A DNA stretch of 64,000 nt, from assembly GCA_016183615.1 (NCBI GenBank), contig JACPEG010000029.1, forward strand, positions 8,012-72,011, in the 5' to 3' direction. The translations under genes and the position numbers were made by a program. Below the pieces are notes generated by a model. It was not told the origin of the DNA and did not search any database. It was given only the letters and a program-made list of their open reading frames with translations. The stretch comes from Betaproteobacteria bacterium. Its GTDB lineage: Bacteria; Pseudomonadota; Gammaproteobacteria; Burkholderiales; UBA6910. Every line of letters begins with the position of its first letter. Position 1 is the stretch's first letter. Below, one piece after another: positions 8,392 through 16,231 of this stretch.

Positions 8392-9233
8392 TTGAATTCC
8401 GGGGTTTGCAGTCTCAAAGTCGAGTAACAGCTTCTGAACATGCGGCGGCAGTTGTCGAGGACGGCGCGGGCGCCGTCGATGACTTTCTGGTAGCCCTCGA
8501 TCTCCGCCACGATCTCCTTTTGCACCTCCAGCGGCGGCAGGGGGATTTCCAGCTGAGCAAAGAACCCTGCGTGAAAGCTCTGCACTGTGACACCGGGCTT
8601 AATGCCCTGCTCCAGGATGTGCCTAGCTCGTCCTTTCAGGATGGCAAACAGATACCGAGGATCGAGGCGGTCATCCGCTGGAATCAGCGCGATGATATCC
8701 TGGTTGAAGCACATCGCCCGGCCCGTGAGGGCCAACGGAAACGTGTGCTTGAGAATCCCCGACCGTACGACGCAGAGAAGTGTTCCAGCGGGAACCAATG
8801 TCGTGGCGCTACCGCGTATAGCTTCCTCGGAGACATGATCCTCGGTGTCGTAGAGCACATCCACCTTCATGTCCTTCGGGGACACCCATGGAATAGGGCC
8901 GCTCCAATAGCCGATGTTCTCTTTGGCAGGCGTTCCGCCACTGACACGCTTTGTCACTTGGCCGAGCGGCACGAGTGGCCAGGCGGCAGTTGCACTGATT
9001 CCTTCCCGATACCTGTCTCCGCTGAGGTTGTAGTCCCCATTCGCGGCGATCTTCTCTTTCGCCACGATCAAACCGCAGGAGGGCAGAAGGTCGGCAGTCG
9101 GTTGTCGGCTACGCAGGGCGTGGAGAAATGCGTCGAGTTCAGTCTTCACCTGCGGCAGGTCGTTCTTCTCGATGGCACGGCGCTGGGCGCCGAGGCCGAA
9201 GCCGTCGTTCTCCACCTTGAAGAAGGCGATGCT
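8358..9233 (-). pseudogene. hsdS: type I R-M remnant: C-terminal tail of HsdM fused in frame to a single-TRD half of HsdS
   Basis: SIAFFKVENDGFGLGAQRR...IAANGDYNLSGDRY is an HsdM C-terminus. WPLVPLGQV...TRD...LPPLEVQKEIVAEIEGYQKVIDGARAVLDN is TRD1 plus the central conserved helix of HsdS. The second TRD is missing. Confidence 0.65.
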
Positions 9234-9396
9234 GACCGCCCAATTCCTCCGCTTCGGCGTCCATGTCGTCCATGAACTTGTAGATCAGGGCGATGGTGAT
9301 CTGCTCGACCTGGCTCTTGGGGTCGGGCACCTTGCCCACGAGGATGTCGCGGGCGGTGTCGATTCGGCGTTTGGTGTCGGTGTCGAGCATGGGCAA
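9232..9396 (-). pseudogene. hsdM: type I R-M methyltransferase HsdM, N-terminal 55-codon fragment
   Basis: MPMLDTDTKRRIDTARDILVGKVPDPKSQVEQITIALIYKFMDDMD is a typical HsdM N-terminus. The frame changes at about 9232 and the whole methyltransferase core is absent. Confidence 0.65.
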
Positions 9397-10227
9397 CTAC
9401 TTGAGCCGCCTGGGCGCCGGGGAGGTTGTCAGCACCTGCATTTGTCGAATTGCGACTGCGTTGAGCCGCCGCAGCCGGTCTCCTTGCGGCAGGTTCATGT
9501 GGATCAGCTCGGCGTTCAACCCTTCGATGTTGGCCAATACCAGCAACTGTTCGACGGTGGCGTAGTCCCGCATGTTGCTCTTCCCTCCGGGATTGGACTC
9601 TCGCCACTCCTTCGCCGTGCAGCCGAACAGCGCCACGTTGAGCACGTCGGCTTCGCTGGCATAGGTGATGGCGGCCTGCGCCCGAGTGACTTCGGGCGGA
9701 ATCAAGTGCGCCTGGATAGCATCGGTATGGATGCGGTAGTTGAGCTTTGACAGGGTGCGGTTCAGGTTCCAGGCGAGCGACAGGCGATGGTTCTCGTCCT
9801 CCTTGAGGCGCTGGAACTCTTTGATCAAGAAGAGCTTGAATTCGACGGAAATCCAGGTGGCGAACTCGAAGGCGATGTCCTTGTGGGCGAAGGTCCCGCC
9901 ATAGCGTCCGGCCCTGGACACCAGACCGATGGCGCCGGTTTTCTCCACCCATTGCTTGGCGGTCAGGATGAAACTGTTCAGCCCGGCGCTTCTTCTAATC
10001 CCATCGAATTCGATGGGATTGAACTCCGGGTTGTTCAGCCTTTCCCAGATACCGAGAAATTCGATGGTGTTCCGGTTTCGAAGCCAGTTGGAGATCAGGT
10101 AATCCGTCCGTTCGGAATCCTTGTGCCGCGCGATATCGGTCAGGGAGATGTAGTCCTGCTCCCGGTGGACCAGAACCGTGACGGCGGTTCCCTTCACGCT
10201 GACAGTGGCCTTGTGCGTCTTGGTCAT
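9397..10227 (-). CDS. KilA-N domain-containing protein
   Basis: 276 aa. The N-terminal ...ISLTDIARHKD...ISNWLRNRNTIEFLGIWE...FAHKDIAFEFATWIS pattern matches KilA-N DNA-binding proteins, which are commonly embedded in type I R-M loci. Confidence 0.8.
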   Translation of the reverse strand: MTKTHKATVSVKGTAVTVLVHREQDYISLTDIARHKDSERTDYLISNWLRNRNTIEFLGIWERLNNPEFNPIEFDGIRRSAGLNSFILTAKQWVEKTGAIGLVSRAGRYGGTFAHKDIAFEFATWISVEFKLFLIKEFQRLKEDENHRLSLAWNLNRTLSKLNYRIHTDAIQAHLIPPEVTRAQAAITYASEADVLNVALFGCTAKEWRESNPGGKSNMRDYATVEQLLVLANIEGLNAELIHMNLPQGDRLRRLNAVAIRQMQVLTTSPAPRRLK

Positions 10228-10235
10228 GGGCGCTC

Positions 10236-11357
10236 CTATGTGGCGAATTGGTTCGAGGAGACATAGTCCTTGATGTATTCCGGGACGAGGGCCCGGTACT
10301 TCGCCGGCACCGCCTTGAAGTCGCGGGTGGAAAACATAGGATGGGTCGCGAGCACGGTAAAGTCCTTGCTATCGATGATGTGGCGCACCTGGTCGCTGGT
10401 GACGTAGGCCTTGAAAAACGTCTTGATGGCCGGGATGGCCTCGGCCTCCCCGGGCTTGAAGTCGGCGACGAACTTGGCGAACTCCTCCTCCAGCAGTTCA
10501 TCTTTGGACTTGAAGCGCGGAATGAGGCCGAACACCTTCTCCAGGATCTCGCGCAACGTCAGGCGGCGGTCCACGGCGGCGGCCTTGCGCAGCTTGTCGA
10601 GGGTGTAGTACTCCTCGGGCTTGTCGAAGACCTCGCGGTTCACGTAGTCAATGACGCGGTCCCACTGTCCGGCCTCGACGGCCTTGGCAATGGTCTCGTT
10701 GCCGCGCACGGTATCTTCGAATTTCTCGAAGAACATGCGATCGATCTTCATGCCCTCGGCAGTGATCTGCTCTACGCGCATCGACGCAAGGATGTCGGCG
10801 CCAAGGTGCTCGTAGGTGCCGCCGGTGACGACGGGGCCACCGTCGCTCTCTCTGCCCTTCCCTGTGGGCCGGGGCAGCTTCAGCACTTCGTCGTAATTGA
10901 ACTCCTTCTCGAAGTATTCGCAGTTGGCGAAGAAGTCGAAGAGCTTGAGCGCCATTTTTGATGGCTTCTGAACGCCGGCCTTGAGACTCTCGTCGAAGAC
11001 CTGCTCCAGGAAGTTGTGCCTGCGGGTACCACGACCCTTGATCTGAATGAAGTCCGTGGGCGAGAAGATCGGACGGAAGAGGCCGAGATTGAGGATGTCC
11101 GTGCAGTCGTAACCGGTGGTCATCATGCCGACCGTGACGCACACCCCCGCCTTGCTGGTCTTGTAGGCGGCGATGACGTTGCCCGAGCCGAGCAGATTGT
11201 TGTTGCTGAAATTGATCGTGAACTGCTGAATCTGGGAGGTCACCCCCACCTCGTACAGGGCCGCCAGGTCCGCATCGAGCATGACCTTCTGACCCCGGAC
11301 GAGAACGATTTGCCTCTCGATGCGCTCCGCCGAAATAACGACTCCCTTATCTGCCAT
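10236..11357 (-). pseudogene. hsdR: chimeric ORF: ORF6N-domain N-terminus fused to the C-terminal third of type I restriction subunit HsdR
   Basis: Residues 1-37 (ERIERQIVLVRGQKVMLDADLAALYEV) are ORF6N-like. They are followed directly by SF2 helicase motifs V-VI (VTVGMMTTGYDC...QIKGRGTRR) and the HsdR C-terminal region. Nuclease and motif I-IV parts are absent. Confidence 0.7.
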
Positions 11358-11460
11358 AACCCAGTTCCTTCAGGTTTTTCTTAATCAAGGCTTCCAGTTT
11401 TTCGCTTTCCTCGAACTGCGCCTCCAGGTCCTTCGTCATCCGCGCCATTTTCTCCTCGAA
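11347..11460 (-). pseudogene. isolated C-terminal tail resembling a type I R-M subunit (HsdM-like ...LEAQFEESEKLEALIKKNLKELGYG)
   Basis: My own translation of the minus strand. The TAA stop overlaps the ATG of the next ORF (ATGGCAGATAA), and there is no recognisable upstream body. Confidence 0.35.
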
Positions 11461-11561
11461 CGGCTCGCCGGCGCGAGGAGAGCCATGCGTAGCGCGGGCT
11501 GCGTCTGCCGAACGTTTCACGAACGGCGCCGCCCGCCTTTCACCGCACAGCGGCGCGCCGC

Positions 11562-11849
11562 TTATCGGCGCGTCCGCGTGGACCGCGGGGTCAGACCTCG
11601 CAGGTACTCGGGTATCTCCTGACGAAGCACGTTCCGCAGTACGGTTTCAGTAACAGGTTGATCGGCTTCCGTCAGGTATTTCCGAAGGGCCTCATTCATC
11701 ATGGTCTGATATCCGGTCCCGGCCTTCTCCGCACGGGCGCGAAATGCCTCGAGCACTGCGTTGTCGATGAAGATGGAGATGCGTGTCTTGCCCTTCTGGG
11801 GAATCGCGGCGCCACGCTTGCCTTTTGAGAAGTCGTATTCAGCTCTCAT
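11562..11849 (-). CDS. brnA: BrnA-family antitoxin (CopG-like)
   Basis: MRAEYDFSKGKRGAA...TRISIFIDNAVLEAFRARAEKAGTGYQTMMNEALRKYL matches the BrnA pattern. Confidence 0.8.
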   Translation of the reverse strand: MRAEYDFSKGKRGAAIPQKGKTRISIFIDNAVLEAFRARAEKAGTGYQTMMNEALRKYLTEADQPVTETVLRNVLRQEIPEYLRGLTPRSTRTRR

Positions 11850-11973
11850 ACTGTTTCCGCTCCTTTCGGGTCGCGCGACGCGCCGAATCAATAACGCCCT
11901 CCACGTCGGCAAACGAGACCCTGTGCTTCCTGAGGTTCTCGGTTGCCTTGGCAGGGTCGTACTAGAACCACAT
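11839..11973 (-). pseudogene. brnT: BrnT toxin pseudogene (in-frame stop at codon 4 plus internal deletion)
   Basis: My own translation gives MWF*YDPAKATENLRKHRVSFADVEGVIDS/ARRATRKERKQYES*. The N-terminal and C-terminal BrnT signatures are joined directly, and the stop overlaps the brnA start. Confidence 0.7.
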
Positions 11974-12070
11974 GCGGCAATGATATATATGATGTATGCC
12001 TGTCACAAGGTGCGAGTATTGTGAGGGGTCGCGGAGAGGGAGGGCGGCGCGCTGGTCACCCCCGCCCCAG

Positions 12071-12186
12071 CCCTCCCCCATCAAGGGGGAGGGTGAGAAA
12101 ACACCGTCGCGTCGGACCACCTCTGTCTTAGGGGAGGGAGCGAGGTCATCCCCTCCCTGACCCTCCCCCCTCCAGGGGGAGGGAGT
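12071..12186. repeat. REP-like hairpin cluster, CCCTCCCCC-loop-GGGGGAGGG family (three hairpins)
   Basis: CCCTCCCCCatcaaGGGGGAGGG, GGGGAGGGAgcgaggtcaTCCCCTCCC and CCCTCCCCCctccaGGGGGAGGG, at the right border of the AT-richer island. Confidence 0.8.
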
Positions 12187-12218
12187 GTGGCTTTGATGCG
12201 GAGGAGGGAGTGCAGTGG

Positions 12219-12992
12219 CTACACGTTCAAATACCGATCCGTGTGCGGATTGTGCTTGCGCAACCCGGAAACGAATTCGCGGAACGGCAGGCCGTAGGTC
12301 TCTTCCAGTTCCTTCGCCCGGGACTTGAGGTCCGCCCAGGGGACTTTGCGCGCAGGCCCGTTGAGGGCAAAGGTGATGAGATTGCCTTTGGGCTCCACTT
12401 CCAGCAGCAGCACGCGGCCCTCGAAGGCGGCTTCCATGCGGGTGAGCCAGGCGTCGAGCCAGGGGGCGGTGGTGAGAAAGTTGGTGACCAGGATGCCGTT
12501 GCGGGTCAGCGCCAGCCGGGCGCGGTCGTAGAACATGGGGGTGACCAGGGTTTCGCCGTGGTCGCATTCCACGTAGCCGTCGGTGAGGATCACGTCGAAC
12601 GCGTCTTCCTCCCGCGCCACGTACCCGGCGCCGTCGCCGATCACCACCCGGAAGCGCTCGTCCTCCGGCGGCAGCTCGAAGAAGCTGCGCGCCGCGGCCA
12701 GCACCTGCTCGCTGATCTCCACCGCGACGGTATTGACCCAGGGAAGGCGATGATAAATGAACTTGGCCAGCGATCCGCCGCCGAGCCCGATCATCAGCAC
12801 CCGCTCCGGCCGCGGGTTGAACAGCAGGAAGCCCATCATGCAGCGGGTATAGGCGAGCTCCAGCTCGTTGGGGGCCGCGAGGCGCATGGCGCTCTGCACC
12901 TTGTCGCCGCCCACGTGCAGGTGGCGCACGCCGTCCTGCTCGGAGAGTTCCACGCCGGGGGCCTTCCTGGTGCGGTAACGGAAGAATCTCAC
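12219..12992 (-). CDS. spermidine-synthase-like (PABS / class I SAM-methyltransferase fold) protein
   Basis: GTG start overlapping the nudC stop (GTGA). VLMIGLGGGSLAKF glycine-rich SAM/dcSAM loop, then VILTDGY. Confidence 0.75.
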   Translation of the reverse strand: MRFFRYRTRKAPGVELSEQDGVRHLHVGGDKVQSAMRLAAPNELELAYTRCMMGFLLFNPRPERVLMIGLGGGSLAKFIYHRLPWVNTVAVEISEQVLAAARSFFELPPEDERFRVVIGDGAGYVAREEDAFDVILTDGYVECDHGETLVTPMFYDRARLALTRNGILVTNFLTTAPWLDAWLTRMEAAFEGRVLLLEVEPKGNLITFALNGPARKVPWADLKSRAKELEETYGLPFREFVSGLRKHNPHTDRYLNV

Positions 12993-13825
12993 GACGATCC
13001 TCCGCTGCGGATCTCCGCCACCACCGCGTCGATGAGCCGGCGGGCGATGCTCACCCGGTGGGGGAGCATGGGCAGCGCGTCCACCTCGTACCAGCCTGCC
13101 GCCTCGATTTCGTTCAGGTCGGGCTTGAGCTCGCCGCCCGCATAATCGGCGGTGAAGGCGATCATCATGGAGTGGGGAAACGGCCAGGACTGGCTCGCGA
13201 AGTAGCGCAGGTTGGCGATCTCCACCCCCACCTCCTCGCGCACTTCCCGGTGGGCGGTTTCCTCCAAGCTTTCCCCGGGCTCCACGAAACCGGCGAGCGC
13301 GCTGAACATCTCCGGCACGAAGCGCGGCGAGCGCGCGAGCAGCAGGCGCTTGCCGTCCCGCACCAGGATCATGACCACCGGGGAGAGCCGCGGGTAGGCG
13401 TGCCGGCCGCAGTTCGGACACTCGCGGGCGCGCTCTCCCGGCATCAGGCGGGTGGGCTGGCCGCAGCCGCCGCAGAACTGGTGGGCGCGGTCCCACTCCA
13501 CGATCTGGTAGGCCCGGGCGGCGAGTCCGAACAGTTCGTCGGACAGCCTCGCGAACAGCCGCCGCAGGGAATACCAGTCCATTCCCGCCGGGGCCGGCGT
13601 TTCCGCCTCCACTTCCCCGGAGTAGCAATCGCGCTCGCCGAGGCGCCCCAGATATTGCCAGCGCAGGAGCGCCAGGCCGCGGGCGGGCGGCGGGTCGCCG
13701 TCGAGAATCTGCGCGGCATCGGTGCCCTCGCTCGCCAGCAGCCGCTCGCCGCAGAACACGAACCACAGGCCGGCGCCCGGTGCGGGTTGCGGGGAATGGC
13801 AAAGGGGAAGGAATTCAGAGTTCAT
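12989..13825 (-). CDS. nudC: NAD(+) diphosphatase / NADH pyrophosphatase
   Basis: Zinc-ribbon CGGCG...CPNCG followed by the Nudix box GFVEPGESLEETAHREVREEVG and the SQSWPFPHS motif. Start placed at MNSEF; the alternative is 13861. Confidence 0.85.
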   Translation of the reverse strand: MNSEFLPLCHSPQPAPGAGLWFVFCGERLLASEGTDAAQILDGDPPPARGLALLRWQYLGRLGERDCYSGEVEAETPAPAGMDWYSLRRLFARLSDELFGLAARAYQIVEWDRAHQFCGGCGQPTRLMPGERARECPNCGRHAYPRLSPVVMILVRDGKRLLLARSPRFVPEMFSALAGFVEPGESLEETAHREVREEVGVEIANLRYFASQSWPFPHSMMIAFTADYAGGELKPDLNEIEAAGWYEVDALPMLPHRVSIARRLIDAVVAEIRSGGSS

Positions 13826-13869
13826 GAGTCCCTTTAGTGCGTAGGAAATACCCACGGACATGTGCTATT

Positions 13870-13932
13870 GCGTAGGGTGCGCCCTGCGCACCATTTGACG
13901 CCGTTGACCGGTGCGTGGGACGCACCCTACGC
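13870..13932. repeat. single copy of the GTAGGGTGCGCC..GGTGCGTGGGACGCACCCTAC REP doublet
   Basis: Two palindromic elements in inverted orientation. This is the same unit that is amplified at 17568..17990. Confidence 0.85.
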
Positions 13933-13979
13933 ACCGGGAAAAATCGGCGTCGTTCCGGTGTCTGCCCGAATGACGGTTC

Positions 13980-14675
13980 CTACCGCCGCTTGTACTGCGT
14001 GTCCCCGAACATCGCGTCCCAGCCCTTCTGGTCCAGGGGGCCCTCGCGGCGCTTGTTCTTGAGCACCGCCAGGCCGCGCTGCACCGCGGGCCGCGCTGCG
14101 ATTTCGTCGAACCAGCGCTTGAAGTTGGGATAATCGGGATGCTCGACCCCCTGCCGCTGGGGGGTGCGGGTCCAGGGAAAGGTGGCGATGTCGGCGATGG
14201 TGTACTCATTCCCCGCGAGATACGGCACTTCGGCGAGACGCTTGTCGAGCACCGCGTACAGGCGGTTCGCTTCCTTGGTGTAGCGCTCGATGGCGTAGGG
14301 GATCTTTTCCGGCGCGTACACCCGGAAGTGATGGGCCTGGCCCAGGAATGGCCCCACGTTTCCCATCTGGAACATGAGCCACACCAGGGTCTCGTAGCGG
14401 GCGCGGGGCTCCTGGGGCAGGAGCTTGCCGCTCTTTTCCGCAAGGTAGATCAGGATCGCGCCCGACTCGAACAGTGAGATGGGCTTTCCGCCGGGGCCGT
14501 CGGAATCCACGATGGCCGGGATCTTGTTGTTGGGGCTGATGCCGAGGAACTCGGGCTTGAACTGGTCGCCTGCCGTGATGTCCACGCTGTGCACGGCGTA
14601 GGGCAGCCCGATCTCCTCCAGCATGATGGAGACCTTGTAGCCGTTGGGGGTGGTCCAGGTGTAGAGGTCGATCAT
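13980..14675 (-). CDS. yfcG: Nu-class glutathione S-transferase (YfcG-like disulfide reductase)
   Basis: MIDLYTWTTPNGYKVSIMLEE...ISPNNKIPAIVD...LFESGAILIYLAEK...IPYAIERY is collinear with E. coli YfcG as recalled. GGAGAG RBS. Confidence 0.9.
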   Translation of the reverse strand: MIDLYTWTTPNGYKVSIMLEEIGLPYAVHSVDITAGDQFKPEFLGISPNNKIPAIVDSDGPGGKPISLFESGAILIYLAEKSGKLLPQEPRARYETLVWLMFQMGNVGPFLGQAHHFRVYAPEKIPYAIERYTKEANRLYAVLDKRLAEVPYLAGNEYTIADIATFPWTRTPQRQGVEHPDYPNFKRWFDEIAARPAVQRGLAVLKNKRREGPLDQKGWDAMFGDTQYKRR

Positions 14676-14774
14676 AGCTGCTCTCCAATGCCTTTCATGG
14701 TTCGACAAGCTCACCACGAACGGCGTTTTAGCCCGTTCGTCCTGAGCCTGTCGAAGGATGAACGGGCCCGGAAA

Positions 14775-15566
14775 TCACAGAAACCCGATCAGCGCATCGA
14801 GCACTTCGTCCGGCTGCTCCAGCATCATGGAATGGCCGCAGCCGTCCACGCTCACGGTCTGCGCCCTGGGCAGCGCCGCCAGCAGTTCCTTGGCGTTGCG
14901 CGGCGGGGTCATGAGATCGCGCCGGCCCTGGATCACCAGCACCGGGCACTGCACCTTGCGCGCCGCCTCGACCCCATCCAGGTAGTCGTTGCAGGCCTTG
15001 AGGTCATTGTAAAGCACGCCGGGCGCGGAGCGCTCCAGCAGCCGCACGTAGCCCCCCAGCATCCACAGGCCGGGATTGGGATTGGGACCCATGGGGCTCA
15101 TATGCCCCCAGATATTGAGCATGTCGAAGGCGCTGTGGTCGTTGGCCTTCGCCGCGTCGAGCAGGGCATCGGTCACCGGCATCGGCGCCGAGGCGCCGAG
15201 GAGCGCGACCGCGCTCACGCGCGAAGGATGCCGCGCCGCCGCCTCCAGCACCGCCAGCGAGCCCATGCTGTGGCCCACCAGCGCCGCTTTCTCCACGCCC
15301 GCGGCATCGAGCACCTTGGGCATCCAGTCGGCGATCGCGGCGATGGAACCGAGCGGAGTGCCTTCCGAGCGCCCGTGCCTGGGAAGATCCACCGCCAGCA
15401 CGTTCCGGCCGTGGTGGGCGAAGTAGCGGCTCTGCAGGGCCCACACGCTGTGGTCGTTGGCCGCGCCGTGGACGAACATCGCGGTGGGCTGCTCCGGCTT
15501 CAGGGGACGGGTGCCGGTATAGGCGAAGGTCTTGTGATTGTTGACTGTGAGGTACATGGTGGCCAA
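14775..15566 (-). CDS. alpha/beta-fold hydrolase
   Basis: Nucleophile elbow GHSMGS and HG oxyanion context (FVHGAAND). C-terminal His in DGCGHSMMLEQP. TTG start at 15566, or ATG at 15557. Confidence 0.85.
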   Translation of the reverse strand: MATMYLTVNNHKTFAYTGTRPLKPEQPTAMFVHGAANDHSVWALQSRYFAHHGRNVLAVDLPRHGRSEGTPLGSIAAIADWMPKVLDAAGVEKAALVGHSMGSLAVLEAAARHPSRVSAVALLGASAPMPVTDALLDAAKANDHSAFDMLNIWGHMSPMGPNPNPGLWMLGGYVRLLERSAPGVLYNDLKACNDYLDGVEAARKVQCPVLVIQGRRDLMTPPRNAKELLAALPRAQTVSVDGCGHSMMLEQPDEVLDALIGFL

Positions 15567-15573
15567 TGGGTTA

Positions 15574-15650
15574 TTCCTTCCCCCTTGTACGCGAAAAGCT
15601 GGCCCTTCTCGTCATTCCTTCCCCCTTGAGGGGGGAAGGTCAGGATGGGG
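15574..15650. repeat. REP-like hairpins, CCTTCCCCC-loop-GGGGGGAAGG family
   Basis: A half-site at 15574-15585 and the perfect hairpin CCTTCCCCCttgaGGGGGGAAGG at 15617-15639. The hairpin is read as the last codons of the DUF559 ORF. Confidence 0.8.
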
Positions 15651-15992
15651 GTGTGCCGCCGTTAGATTGCTGTATATCACTTCAACCACCTCGTCGCAGT
15701 TATTCAGAACGTCGTTGTTCCAGAACCTCAGCACTCTAAATCCTTGCGCTTTCAACCAGCCATCGCGGACTTCATCGTATTTCGCCTGATCCGCGTGCTG
15801 GCCGCCATCCACCTCCACGACCAGCTTTGCTTCGAGACATACGAAATCCACGATGTATGGGCCCAGAGGCATCTGCCTGCGGAACCGGTGGCCCGCCAGT
15901 TGTTTTAAGCGCAGTTTTTGCCACAGGCGCCTCTCGGCGTCGGTCAGATTTCGGCGCAGCGATCTGGCGCGCCCGATCTGTTCAGTTGCCAA
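15612..15992 (-). CDS. DUF559 (Vsr-fold) endonuclease-domain protein
   Basis: ARSLRRNLTDAERRLWQKLR...FRRQMPLGPYIVDFVC...LVVEVDGGQH...RVLRFWNNDV is the canonical DUF559 pattern. TTG start. Confidence 0.85.
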   Translation of the reverse strand: MATEQIGRARSLRRNLTDAERRLWQKLRLKQLAGHRFRRQMPLGPYIVDFVCLEAKLVVEVDGGQHADQAKYDEVRDGWLKAQGFRVLRFWNNDVLNNCDEVVEVIYSNLTAAHPHPDLPPSRGKE

Positions 15993-16082
15993 CTTTAATC
16001 ACCCCCATCCCGACCTTTAGTTCCGGCGTAACCTAAAGGTTAGCCTTCACAGCAACAAGGCGCGATGCGCCGTGTTGTCCCC

Positions 16083-16231
16083 CTCAAGGGGGAAGGAGAA
16101 AACCAACCCCATCGCCTTGCCTTTCCTCTCAAGGGGAAGGAGAAAACCAACCCCATCGCCTTGCCTTTCCTCTCAAGGGGAGGGAGAAAACCAACCCCAT
16201 CGCCTCGCCTTTCCTCTCAGGGGGAAGGAGT
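16083..16231. repeat. tandem repeat, 44-45 bp unit x about 3.4, built from the CCTTTCCTCTCAAGGGGAAGG hairpin family
   Basis: Units start at 16083, 16128, 16172 and 16216. The array ends at the metY stop codon. Confidence 0.9.

Noticed and set aside
8358-9396. An intact hsdM-hsdS pair
   Set aside because: The methyltransferase core (SAM-binding and NPPF-type motifs) is entirely absent between the N-terminal 55 codons and the C-terminal tail. The frame changes at about 9232, and hsdS has only one target-recognition domain.
6102-11973. Calling the AT-richer island an integrative mobile element or prophage remnant
   Set aside because: No integrase, transposase, tRNA target, flanking direct repeats or phage structural genes are visible. 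Only compositional contrast and defence-gene content support a foreign origin.
16083-16231. Second candidate CRISPR-like array
   Set aside because: It is a 44-45-bp tandem duplication of a hairpin motif with no spacer diversity and only about 3.4 copies. It belongs to the dispersed hairpin family.
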